From positions 12,495 through 76,494 of the forward strand of contig JAJXZR010000029.1 in NCBI GenBank assembly GCA_021779915.1: a stretch of 64,000 nt of DNA, read 5' to 3'. The translations under genes and the position numbers were made by a program. Under the pieces are notes generated by a model. The model was given only the letters and a program-made list of their open reading frames with translations, did not search any database and was not told where the DNA came from. How positions within the stretch are numbered: position 1 is the first letter of the stretch; every line of letters starts with the position of its first letter. Positions 37,993 through 47,417 of the stretch are shown here, one piece after another. This DNA is from a bacterium. GTDB taxonomy: Bacteria; Patescibacteriota; Minisyncoccia; CAIUEV01.

Positions 37993-39174
37993 ATGCCAAG
38001 CGGATCGGAACCAGGTTTCCTCGAAATTCTGTGGCAGGTTATTATTTTTGGTTGGTGGATTTTTCTTCCAATTGGTCTTTATTCGATTTTTAGACCTCTT
38101 TGGGAAAAGTATGTTTCAGGAGTTTATGCCAGAGAAAGTTTAAATACAATTCTACTTAAAATTAAAATTCCGCAGGATCAATCTGCTAATCCAAAGGCAA
38201 TGGAAAGCGTTCTTATAGGACTAACTGGAACTGGCAGGACAATAACTCTTTATAACGCCATAACCACAGGGGCTTTTCAAGATTATTTCTCTCTCGAGAT
38301 TGCCAGCCGGGAGGGAGAAACTTCATTTTATATTGCTACGCCAAAAAGATCTGAGGATTTAGTGAAAAAACTTTTTTACAGTCAATTCCCCGACATTGAA
38401 ATTATGGAAGCTCCTGAAGATTACACCAAAGCCATTCCCGATACTATTCCCGATGAAAACTGGGGACTTTGGGGAGGAAAATATATTTTGGAAAAAAACC
38501 AGGCTCAACCAATCAATACTTATCCTTCTTTTGAAGACAAGTTCACCGGTGAAATGGTAGACCCGCTCTCTGGGCTCCTAGAGGCAATGGGAAGCCTTGG
38601 ACCTGGAGAGCATCTATGGTTTCAAATTCAAATCGGTCTCCCTCCTGCCGAATGGAGAAAAGAAGGCAAAAAAGAAATAGAGAAGATTTTAAAAAAATAC
38701 AATTTGATGCCTGCTTCTGAAAGTAGCGAAGAAGTAATGATGAGAGTACTTCCTCACCATGAACAAGAAACCATCAAAGCTATCAGCTACAAAATGTCAA
38801 AACCCGCCTTCAGCACTCAAATAATCTTTGCTTATATAGCGAGGCAAGAAGTTTTTAATCCTATCTTAGCGGCAAATATTGGTGGAGCCATGAAGCAATT
38901 TGAATCGGGAGATTTGAATGCTTTTATGCTCGACAAATATTACACTCTTTCCACTTACTTTTTACTCGCGAAAGGAAGAAAAGAATATCGAGCTAGAAGA
39001 TTAGTTGACATGCTTCGAGATAGGGATATGCAAGGGGTGTGTCCCGTCCTAAATGTTGAAGAATTGGCCACTTTATTCCATTTCCCAACTAAGATGATGA
39101 GAGTTCCAAGCCTTCCAAGGCTTGATAATAAACGAGCACCTGCTCCACCTAATTTGCCCTTGGAGGAAAAATAA
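37993..39174 (+). CDS. conserved hypothetical membrane protein resembling N-terminal regions of CPR coupling-protein-like ATPases
   Basis: FSLEIAS...YSQFPDIEI...LNVEELATLFHFP...APAPPNLP (recognised from memory). Confidence 0.6.
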   Translation: MPSGSEPGFLEILWQVIIFGWWIFLPIGLYSIFRPLWEKYVSGVYARESLNTILLKIKIPQDQSANPKAMESVLIGLTGTGRTITLYNAITTGAFQDYFSLEIASREGETSFYIATPKRSEDLVKKLFYSQFPDIEIMEAPEDYTKAIPDTIPDENWGLWGGKYILEKNQAQPINTYPSFEDKFTGEMVDPLSGLLEAMGSLGPGEHLWFQIQIGLPPAEWRKEGKKEIEKILKKYNLMPASESSEEVMMRVLPHHEQETIKAISYKMSKPAFSTQIIFAYIARQEVFNPILAANIGGAMKQFESGDLNAFMLDKYYTLSTYFLLAKGRKEYRARRLVDMLRDRDMQGVCPVLNVEELATLFHFPTKMMRVPSLPRLDNKRAPAPPNLPLEEK

Positions 39175-39226
39175 AGATACAGTAATTTTAGATGGTATAA
39201 TTAAATAAAAATAACAAAATAAAAAA

Positions 39227-42200
39227 ATGAAAAAAGACCAATTATTTCGACTTGCAAAGAAAAGTTCAGTGTCTTTTTTAGCTTTGTCGTTTTTGTTTCA
39301 GATGGGAAGTCTACAGAGTCTTATTCAAGCAGAGGTTTCCCATGCCGATTTTAGTCGGGGAGATATGTCAAAGTTATTTAAATCTACCCCTAGAAATAAC
39401 CAAGTTCAAACCAAAATTAACAAATCAAGTAATCAAAAATCAGATTTCGTTCCAGGAGAAGTTTTAGTTAAGTTTAAGGAAAATAAAATCAGTTTAAAAA
39501 GTTTTTTGGGAGGAAAAAATAATAAAAAATTGAATATCGAAAATTCCTTGGCAGGAAAAAGTATTAATAGCGTTGCAAATAAATATAATCTGGAAAAAAA
39601 AGATTATCTACCAAAAGATAATTCTTCTCTGATGAAAATTAAAGACTCCGATAGCATCGAACAGAAAATAGAAAAATTAAAAAAAGATCCAACAATTGAA
39701 TCGGCTCAACCTAATTATAAATATCATTTAAATTCCATTACTCCTGGTAACGATACTTATTATGTAGATCAGTGGGCACTTCATAACACTGGACAAACAG
39801 TTGATGGCGTAAAAGGAACGGCGGATGCTGACATTGACGCTCCAGAAGCTTGGGCCACTTCTGAAGGAAACAACAGCATAATTGCTGCAGTAATTGACAC
39901 AGGAGTAGCCTATGATCACCCAGATCTTTTGGCTAATATGTGGGATGGGTCAAGTTGTAAAGATGAAAATAATGCGACAATCCCGGGAGGATGTACCTAT
40001 GGTTATGATTATGACAGCAACGACACCAATCCAGCTCCAGATGGAGATTCTCTTACCACTGGCGCCTATTCTCACGGCACTCACGTAGCTGGAATTATCG
40101 CGGCGGCCGACAACACAAACGGGATTGTTGGGGTGGCACCTCACACCAAAATTATGGCAGTAAAAACTGCTTTGTTGACTACTTCCGAAATTGTTAAAGC
40201 CATTGCTTTTGCTGAAAACAATGGTGCAAAAATAATTAACGCCAGCTGGGGGGGCTCTGAAAACGACACTCTTATGAAAGAGGCTATTAGGGGGTTTAGT
40301 GGTCTATTCATCGCAGCCGCAGGAAACTCAGGAGATGATAATGATGGAGCTGATCCTTTGTATCCTTGTTCTTTTGATTTAGATAATATTGTTTGTGTAG
40401 CCGCTACTGATCAAAATGACAAACTAACAAGTTGGTCCAGCTATGGGGCGAATACCGTTGATGTTGGAGCACCTGGAGATAACATTATTAGTGATGTCGC
40501 AGAAAGAAAAACAGTAAATCAAGACTTTGAAACCACTACTGTTGGTCAAATTCCTACTGGTTTTTCTAAAACCGGTAATTGGCAAGTAAAAACTGCTCCG
40601 GCAGAATTGAATTGGGGAACCACTAAGGTTCTTTTTGCGGATAACTCCTTTCCTTACGCCGATAATGCCAATTCAACTTTTGCCAACACCACTGCCTATA
40701 ATTTGGATGGTTCCACTACAGCAGAACTCAGTTTTTGGACAGCCTGTGATACTGAATACGACAGTCGCAGTTCTGCTTGGACAGATTATTTGGCCTTGGA
40801 GTTAAGCAGTGACGGCACAAATTTTTCTGAAGTAGCCAGGTGGGATAAAGGATCTCTTTCTGGTGGGGGAATTGGCTATTCAACTGGATTTTATGATGAT
40901 TTTATTCCTTCGGGATATTTAACTTCTAATTTTAAATTACGTTTTAGATGGGTCACTAACGGAACGAATAACTATTACGGTGGTTGTCTTATTGATGATT
41001 TAAAGCTAGAAACTTACGGAAATAGTATTAACGACGAATATGATTATTGGTCCGGCACTTCTATGGCAACTCCTCAAGTTGTAGGACTTACTAGTTTGGT
41101 TTGGGAAACAAATGGTAGCTTGACAAATAGCCAAGTAAAAAATTTAATCTTAAAATCTGGTGATCCCCTCGCTGATCTTGACGGAACAACCGTTTCGGGA
41201 AAAAGAATTAATGCCTATAAAGCACTCACAACCAAACGGATTGACACTTTCGATTTTAATAGCCTAGATCCAACCGTTTCTGGGGATATTGATGAAACTA
41301 ACCACACAATAAGTCTTGTGGTTCCTTATGGAACAAACATTACTTCTCTTGTTCCCACAATCAGTTACACAGGAGGAACAATGAGTCCGGCAACGGGAGT
41401 AGCTCAAAATTTTACCAGTCCCAAAACTTATACTGTTACTGCTGCTGACGGTACAACTCAAAATTACACAGTTACCGTAACCGTCAGTACCGAACTAACA
41501 AAACAAATTACTGCTTTTGATTTTAATGATTTGGGTGTTTCTGGAATTATTAATGAAGGAAATAACACAATCTCTCTTACCGTACCTCACGATACTAATG
41601 TAACCTCTCTTTCCCCAACAATCACCTTCACGGGAGAGTCTTTAAGTCCTTTGAGTAATATTCCTCAGAATTTTACTAATCCCGTAACTTATACTATTAC
41701 CGACTCAGACGGTTTTACCAGAAATTATACCGTTACAGTGACAGTTTTAAGAAATTCTGAAAAACAAATTACTGCTTTTGATTTTAATGATTTTTCCTAC
41801 CCTGTTATTGGATCGATCGACGAAGAAAATAAAACTATTAATTTAACTGTTGCCAACGGCACTAATTTAACTTATCTTACTCCAACAATCAGTTATTCTG
41901 GTTCTTCCATTAGTCCTGGTTCGGAAGTCAGTCAAGACTTCACAAGTCCCATAACCTACACAATAACAGCAGAGGATGGATCGACAACTTCCTACACGGT
42001 AACAGTCGACAAATCAACCGATCCTTACATTTCTAATATTCAAAGAATTAACAAGAAAAAAACTAGAATTATTATTTCCGATTTAACTCTTTCAACTCAA
42101 AAAAAATTAAAACCGACCACTGCCTTTTTAAATGGCAATAGAGTAAGAATTTCTGGGGTCAAAAATTCCGGAAATAGAACTTTTTTAATAGCGAATTTGA

Positions 42201-42322
42201 GCTACTCAAAATGGCCACGAGGACCATATGAGTTTTCTTTTAGTTACAAAATTTCAACCGGTAAAAAATCTTATAGAGTAGAAACTTTTAATCCTTCAGA
42301 AAATGATTTCCAAATAAATTAA
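39227..42322 (+). CDS. subtilisin-like S8 serine protease with three C-terminal Ig-like (DUF5018-like) repeats
   Basis: VIDTG, HGTHVAG, AAGN, GTSMATP; 3x FDFN...YT(V/I)T.DG...YTVTV. Confidence 0.92.
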   Translation: MKKDQLFRLAKKSSVSFLALSFLFQMGSLQSLIQAEVSHADFSRGDMSKLFKSTPRNNQVQTKINKSSNQKSDFVPGEVLVKFKENKISLKSFLGGKNNKKLNIENSLAGKSINSVANKYNLEKKDYLPKDNSSLMKIKDSDSIEQKIEKLKKDPTIESAQPNYKYHLNSITPGNDTYYVDQWALHNTGQTVDGVKGTADADIDAPEAWATSEGNNSIIAAVIDTGVAYDHPDLLANMWDGSSCKDENNATIPGGCTYGYDYDSNDTNPAPDGDSLTTGAYSHGTHVAGIIAAADNTNGIVGVAPHTKIMAVKTALLTTSEIVKAIAFAENNGAKIINASWGGSENDTLMKEAIRGFSGLFIAAAGNSGDDNDGADPLYPCSFDLDNIVCVAATDQNDKLTSWSSYGANTVDVGAPGDNIISDVAERKTVNQDFETTTVGQIPTGFSKTGNWQVKTAPAELNWGTTKVLFADNSFPYADNANSTFANTTAYNLDGSTTAELSFWTACDTEYDSRSSAWTDYLALELSSDGTNFSEVARWDKGSLSGGGIGYSTGFYDDFIPSGYLTSNFKLRFRWVTNGTNNYYGGCLIDDLKLETYGNSINDEYDYWSGTSMATPQVVGLTSLVWETNGSLTNSQVKNLILKSGDPLADLDGTTVSGKRINAYKALTTKRIDTFDFNSLDPTVSGDIDETNHTISLVVPYGTNITSLVPTISYTGGTMSPATGVAQNFTSPKTYTVTAADGTTQNYTVTVTVSTELTKQITAFDFNDLGVSGIINEGNNTISLTVPHDTNVTSLSPTITFTGESLSPLSNIPQNFTNPVTYTITDSDGFTRNYTVTVTVLRNSEKQITAFDFNDFSYPVIGSIDEENKTINLTVANGTNLTYLTPTISYSGSSISPGSEVSQDFTSPITYTITAEDGSTTSYTVTVDKSTDPYISNIQRINKKKTRIIISDLTLSTQKKLKPTTAFLNGNRVRISGVKNSGNRTFLIANLSYSKWPRGPYEFSFSYKISTGKKSYRVETFNPSENDFQIN

Positions 42323-43240
42323 ATGAATAAAACCAACTTATTATCCAAGGCTGTAGCCATTGTAGGGCCAACTGCTGCTGGAAAAACCAGACTGGGAGTT
42401 TTTATTGCCAAAAAATTTGATGGGGAAGTTGTTTCTGCAGACTCTCGCCAGATTTATAGACATTTAGACCTTTCAACTGGAAAAGACAAAGGTGATTATG
42501 TTTTGAAGAATAAAAAAATTCCTTATCACTTAATCGATATTCTTGAGCCAAATGAAGAGTTTAGTTCTGCCGAATTTCAAAAGAAGGCTTTTATTTCAAT
42601 TGATAACATTTTAAAAAAAAGAAAACTTCCGCTTCTGGTCGGCGGAAGCCCTTTCTACATCTACTCCGTTACAGAAGGTTGGCAATTTCCCAAAATTAAA
42701 AAAGATGAAAAATTAAGAAAAAAGCTTGAAAAAATGGACTTGGAAGATTTGAAAAGATTACTAGAAAAAATTGATCCTCAAGCTTTTTCTAAAATTGACC
42801 AAAAAAATCCAAGAAGATTACAAAGAGCCATTGAAACATGTATTCTTTCCGGAAAAAGTTTTGAGGAAGCCAAACCAAAATCTAATCCAAAGTATGATTT
42901 TTTGTTTCTCGGCATCACTTTTCCCTTTCCGGAGCTCAAAAAAAGAATTGAAAAACGACTTAAAGAAAGAATCAAGGAGGGGATGGTTGAAGAAATTTCA
43001 GAAATTTTAAAAAGCCAAAAAGCTTCCCGCGACGATCTTCTTAAGATGGGTCTGGAGCCAAGATTCATCACTTATTATCTTGATCAAAAAATAAACAAAA
43101 AAGAGCTAGAAGAGCTCCTGGTCAGAAATATTCTAAGTTTTGCCAGAAGACAAATGAATTGGTTTCGAAAAGACGAGAATATTAAATGGATAGAGAATGA
43201 TAGAGAAGCAGAAAAGATTACTGGGAAATTTCTAAGCTAA
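42323..43240 (+). CDS. miaA: tRNA dimethylallyltransferase
   Basis: GPTAAGKT, SADSRQIY, VGGS, FARRQMNWF. Confidence 0.95.
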   Translation: MNKTNLLSKAVAIVGPTAAGKTRLGVFIAKKFDGEVVSADSRQIYRHLDLSTGKDKGDYVLKNKKIPYHLIDILEPNEEFSSAEFQKKAFISIDNILKKRKLPLLVGGSPFYIYSVTEGWQFPKIKKDEKLRKKLEKMDLEDLKRLLEKIDPQAFSKIDQKNPRRLQRAIETCILSGKSFEEAKPKSNPKYDFLFLGITFPFPELKKRIEKRLKERIKEGMVEEISEILKSQKASRDDLLKMGLEPRFITYYLDQKINKKELEELLVRNILSFARRQMNWFRKDENIKWIENDREAEKITGKFLS

Positions 43241-43415
43241 TTTTTTAAGTAGGGAAAACTAGCTCCAAATTTTCAATTCGTAATTTTCAATTTTTGAAAA
43301 ATTTATTTTTGTGCTTCCGGTCCAATCGGGAAGTTATCAGGATAGACGGTCAGTTTCTCTGTCCCATCCTGTTTCTTGGTAACATTTATTTGTTACTCTA
43401 GACAAGTTCCAAAAA

Positions 43416-44729
43416 TTATTTCGGATTTATAACGTCTTTCCCAACGTATCCTCGCAGGACTTCAGGCACGACCACGCTTCCGTCTTTTTGTTGAAAATTT
43501 TCCAAAATTGCGATCAGGGTTCTAGGACTGGCTAGAGCAGTATTATTGAGCATATATACATATTTTTTGTCTTTTCCGTCAGTGTATTTCACGTCCAATC
43601 TCCTTGCCTGCCAATCAAGAAAATTGGAGGCTGACCCGGTTTCACCAAAGCGATTCATGCCAGGAAGCCAAGCCTCAATATCAAAAGCTCTATATTTTCC
43701 AGGGCTCATATCACCCGTGCAAATCTGAACAATCCGATAGGGAAGTTTAAAATCTTCATGGATTTCTTTAGAAATTTGAAGCATCTCTTCTTGAATTTTT
43801 TTAGAGGCTTCAACGTCATCATCAGCAATCACTACTTGCTCCACCTTCATAAACTCATGGACTCGATAAATACCTTTGGTGTCCTTTCCATAACTTCCAA
43901 TTTCACTTCGGTAACATTGACTGAATCCGCACATTTTTAATGGAAGGTCTTCTTTTTTTAAAACTTCTCCGGAATAATAGGCAAGGAGAGATGGTTCAGC
44001 TGTTCCCACCAAAAATTTATTTTCTTTACTTTGTTCCCCTAACTGATTTTTCTCGAAATTAGCAATTTGATAAATTTCATCAATTTCAGGATTAAACTCG
44101 GCATCTTTAAAATATCCGCTACCAAAAAGAGCAAACTCTTTCACCAAAGTCGGTGGAATCATCGGCGAATAACCTTTGGAGATCATTTTGTTAAGTGCGT
44201 ACATCATCATCCCAAAAACCAGCATAACTCCTTCATTCTTGAGGTAATACCCTCTGTATCCTCCGACTTTTACACCCCTTTCGAAATCAATAATGTCTAA
44301 ATTTTTTGCAAGTTCTATGTGATCTTTAGGAACAAAACTAAATTGGGGAATCTCTCCAAAACGAGAAACTTCAGGATTGTCGTCTCCATTTTTTCCTACC
44401 GGAGTATCAGGAGAAGGAATATTAGGGACTCTCGCCATGAGATTTTTTAATCTCCCTTTGACCTCTCGGTAATCAGTTTCTAATCTTGCAATTTCGTTGC
44501 GAATCATCCGCCCCTTGGTAGATATTTCTTTTTGTTCAACATCCGTAAGATTCATCCCCATCGAACTTAGTTGGTTTTTCTCCGCCCTCCTCATCTCTAT
44601 TTCCTGTGCCATAGCAACTCTGTCTTTATCGACCGAAAGAAGATAATCAAGATCAAGCTCAATTCCCTTATTTTTTATCGCCTCTTTTAGTTTGTCACTA
44701 TTTTCGCGAATGAATTTAATATCGAGCAT
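43416..44729 (-). CDS. serS: serine--tRNA ligase
   Basis: MLDIKFIRE start, GTAE, CYRSE, RVHEFMKVE, LNNT. Confidence 0.96.
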   Translation of the reverse strand: MLDIKFIRENSDKLKEAIKNKGIELDLDYLLSVDKDRVAMAQEIEMRRAEKNQLSSMGMNLTDVEQKEISTKGRMIRNEIARLETDYREVKGRLKNLMARVPNIPSPDTPVGKNGDDNPEVSRFGEIPQFSFVPKDHIELAKNLDIIDFERGVKVGGYRGYYLKNEGVMLVFGMMMYALNKMISKGYSPMIPPTLVKEFALFGSGYFKDAEFNPEIDEIYQIANFEKNQLGEQSKENKFLVGTAEPSLLAYYSGEVLKKEDLPLKMCGFSQCYRSEIGSYGKDTKGIYRVHEFMKVEQVVIADDDVEASKKIQEEMLQISKEIHEDFKLPYRIVQICTGDMSPGKYRAFDIEAWLPGMNRFGETGSASNFLDWQARRLDVKYTDGKDKKYVYMLNNTALASPRTLIAILENFQQKDGSVVVPEVLRGYVGKDVINPK

Positions 44730-44759
44730 TGGGAGGATTAAAAGTAAGATTCTACCCAC

Positions 44760-44899
44760 GTGTCATCCCGGGCTTGACCCGGGATCCAGGAGAGTGGTAT
44801 TAGTCTAATAAAATGTTAGTTTGTTCAATCTCTTACAATGCACATTAAAATAACATTCTGTTAGTCTAACTGGATCCCGGGTCAAGCCCGGGATGACAC
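44760..44899. mobile_element. R doublet; core is an inverted sibling of 27703-27844
   Basis: gtgtcatcccgggcttgacccgggatccag / ctggatcccgggtcaagcccgggatgacac perfect IR. Confidence 0.9.
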
Positions 44900-45050
44900 C
44901 TCTGGTAAAATTCAATAAAATAACAAAATATTTTCAAATTAGGAATATTTTTTGAATTAGTTTATAAATTATTTATTGCACAACAAAATAATAAATCCAA
45001 GCCCTAACAACTTTATATCTTTCGACTTTATACTTTTTAACTAATTTGTT

Positions 45051-45755
45051 ATGTTTGATACTCGTGGACTTGAAAAATTTTCCTTAGTTGAATGGCCTGG
45101 GAAAATGTCGGCCATCATTTTCACCGGCGGATGCAATTTTCGCTGTCCTTTTTGTCATAATCCGGAATTAGTAACTGAGCTTCAAAAGACACCGATTTAC
45201 CCCTGGGAAGAAATTGAAAAATTTCTTAACAAAAAAGTGGGGTGGATTGATGCGATTATTATCACTGGGGGGGAGCCTACTCTACAAGAGAGTTTACCTG
45301 AAATTCTCCAAAAAATTAAAAAAATGGGATACTTAACCGGAATCGCAACTAACGGAACCAATCCTGAAATGCTGGAAGAACTGATAAGAAAAAACTTGCT
45401 GGACAAGATAGCTATGGACATCAAAAGCTCCGAGGAAAAATATTATTTAGCAACAGGCACGAATGAAGTTGGCTTGGAAAAAATTAAAAAGAGTATCAAT
45501 TTGATAATCAACAGTGGAATCGAATATGATTTTAAAGTGACTTTAGCTCCAGGAATAGTCGAAACTAGCGATATTGAAGGAATCGGGAAATTCATTAAGG
45601 GAGCAAAAAAAGTCACTCTTCAACAATTCCGCCCCCTTAAAACACTTGACAAAACCTTCGAACACAAAGTACCCTATTCACTAGATACTATTAAAGAAAT
45701 GAAAGAAATTTTGGGTAGTTACGTTGAAAGTGTTAGTTTGGAAGGAATAGAATAA
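45051..45755 (+). CDS. nrdG: anaerobic ribonucleotide reductase activating protein (radical SAM)
   Basis: GLEKFSLVEWPG, GCNFRCPFCHNP, TGGEPT, AMDIK. Confidence 0.85.
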   Translation: MFDTRGLEKFSLVEWPGKMSAIIFTGGCNFRCPFCHNPELVTELQKTPIYPWEEIEKFLNKKVGWIDAIIITGGEPTLQESLPEILQKIKKMGYLTGIATNGTNPEMLEELIRKNLLDKIAMDIKSSEEKYYLATGTNEVGLEKIKKSINLIINSGIEYDFKVTLAPGIVETSDIEGIGKFIKGAKKVTLQQFRPLKTLDKTFEHKVPYSLDTIKEMKEILGSYVESVSLEGIE

Positions 45756-46007
45756 AAATTTCAATTTCTAATTTTCAATTTTCAAACAATTTTCAATTTA
45801 TTAATTACTCAATTACATAAATAATACCCGTCTAGTGTGTCATCCTTGCGAAAGCGAGGATCCAGGAGAATGATATTAGACTAATAGAGTATTAATTTCC
45901 TGGATTCCCGCTTTCGCAGGAATGACACGTGTTTCTTTGTTTGAAAATTAATGAATTGTAAAATTGAAAATTGTTTGAAAATTGAAAATTAGAAATTGAA
46001 AATTTTT
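45754..46007. mobile_element. Family B element enclosing an R doublet (45837-45928)
   Basis: tttcaatttctaattttcaattttcaaacaattttcaattt ... aaattgaaaattgtttgaaaattgaaaattagaaattgaaa. Confidence 0.9.
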
Positions 46008-46016
46008 TAATACACT

Positions 46017-47108
46017 ATGTCTAAAGATTACTACGGTGTTCTGGGTCTTTCCAAGAACGCTACGCCAGAAGAAATTAAAAAAGCTTACCATAAGCTTGCA
46101 CACAAGTATCATCCCGATAAAAAAGGCGGTGACTCTGAGAAATTCAAAGAGATTAACGAGGCTTACAGCGTTCTTTCCGACTCGAAGAAAAAAGCCACTT
46201 ATGATCAGTTCGGATCTTATCAGGAAGGAGCTAGTGGTCCTTCTGGTTTTGGCGGGGCTGATTTTTCCGGATTTGGAAATTTTTCCGGATTTGATTTCTC
46301 TCAAGGGATTGATTTGGGAGATCTTTTTGGTGATATTTTTGAAGGGTTTGGAGTTAGAAGAGGAGGCACTTCTTCAAGAAGAGAGAGAGGGTCTGACATT
46401 CAAATCGATCTAGAAATTTCTTTTTTTGAAATGGCTCAAGGGGTTAGAAAGAACGTATCCGTCTACAAGAACGAACGTTGTCAAGCTTGCAAGGGGAAAG
46501 GGGCGGAAAAAGATGAAGATGTGGAAAAGTGTTCCTATTGCAATGGAACGGGAAAAATGGAGAGGAGGATTAACACTGGATTTGGATCTTTTGCCCAGGT
46601 TACACCTTGTTCCAATTGCCAAGGAAAAGGTTTTCAAATAAAGAAAAAATGTTCCAATTGCCAGGGGATTGGCGTTGCCAAAAGAAAAACAGAGTTAAAT
46701 ATTACCATACCCGCTGGCGTAGAAGAAGGTAGTGTTTTGAAACTTGAAAACATGGGGGCAGAATCTAGAGATGGAATAAGCGGAGATCTTTTTGTCAAAA
46801 TTCATGTTATGCCTCATTCTTCATTTAAAAGAGTCGGAAATGATGTCTTTTTCGAAAAAGAAGTTTCTCTTACTGATGCCCTATTGGGAAAAACAATTTC
46901 TGTTCCTACTCTTGAAGGCGAGGACAAGCTGGAAATTCCTGAAAACACAGTGAACGGGGAGCTTTTCCGCATGAAAGGAAGAGGCATAAAAGCAGGGATA
47001 TCCCGAACGGATGGCGACGAAATTGTACAAGTTAAAATAAAAATGCCAAAAAGGCTTTCAAGTAGGGCTAAGAGACTACTGGAGGAATTGAGGGAAGAAG
47101 GGATGTGA
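46017..47108 (+). CDS. dnaJ: chaperone DnaJ
   Basis: HPD motif, G/F region, four CxxCxGxG. Confidence 0.96.
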   Translation: MSKDYYGVLGLSKNATPEEIKKAYHKLAHKYHPDKKGGDSEKFKEINEAYSVLSDSKKKATYDQFGSYQEGASGPSGFGGADFSGFGNFSGFDFSQGIDLGDLFGDIFEGFGVRRGGTSSRRERGSDIQIDLEISFFEMAQGVRKNVSVYKNERCQACKGKGAEKDEDVEKCSYCNGTGKMERRINTGFGSFAQVTPCSNCQGKGFQIKKKCSNCQGIGVAKRKTELNITIPAGVEEGSVLKLENMGAESRDGISGDLFVKIHVMPHSSFKRVGNDVFFEKEVSLTDALLGKTISVPTLEGEDKLEIPENTVNGELFRMKGRGIKAGISRTDGDEIVQVKIKMPKRLSSRAKRLLEELREEGM

Positions 47109-47115
47109 TGATTTG

Positions 47116-47404
47116 AATTTCTAATTCACCTAATTTTTAATTTACCTAATAAAATAACCAAATTCCAAGAAACAAATTACAAACAAGAAACAATTTTCCA
47201 AATTAAAACATCCCACGTGTCATCCCCGGCGTGTTGACCGGGGATCTAGGAAAATTATATTTTACTAGTCTAATATAATTCTCCTGGATCCTCGCTTTCA
47301 CAAGGATGAAACGCTAAAAGGGTATTGTTTTGTATTTCGAATTTGTTTGTAATTTGTTTCTTGCTTCTTGGAATTTTTATTAGAACTTATGTAAATTAGA
47401 AATT
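47116..47404. mobile_element. three-level nest: G > E (about 47146-47382) > R (47217-47312)
   Basis: aatttctaattcacctaat ... aaattccaagaaacaaattacaaac ... gtgtcatccccggc ... gtttgtaatttgtttc ... aaattagaaatt. Confidence 0.88.
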
Positions 47405-47417
47405 AAACTAAAACCTC

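Noticed and set aside
41233-42010. Three DNA-level repeats in the S8 protease as a DGR template/variable pair
   Set aside because: They are in-frame Ig-like domain repeats; there is no reverse transcriptase and I saw no adenine-specific pattern.
44730-44759. N-terminal extension of SerS to 44759
   Set aside because: The conserved start is MLDIK at 44729; the GTG at 44759 merely abuts the R element boundary.
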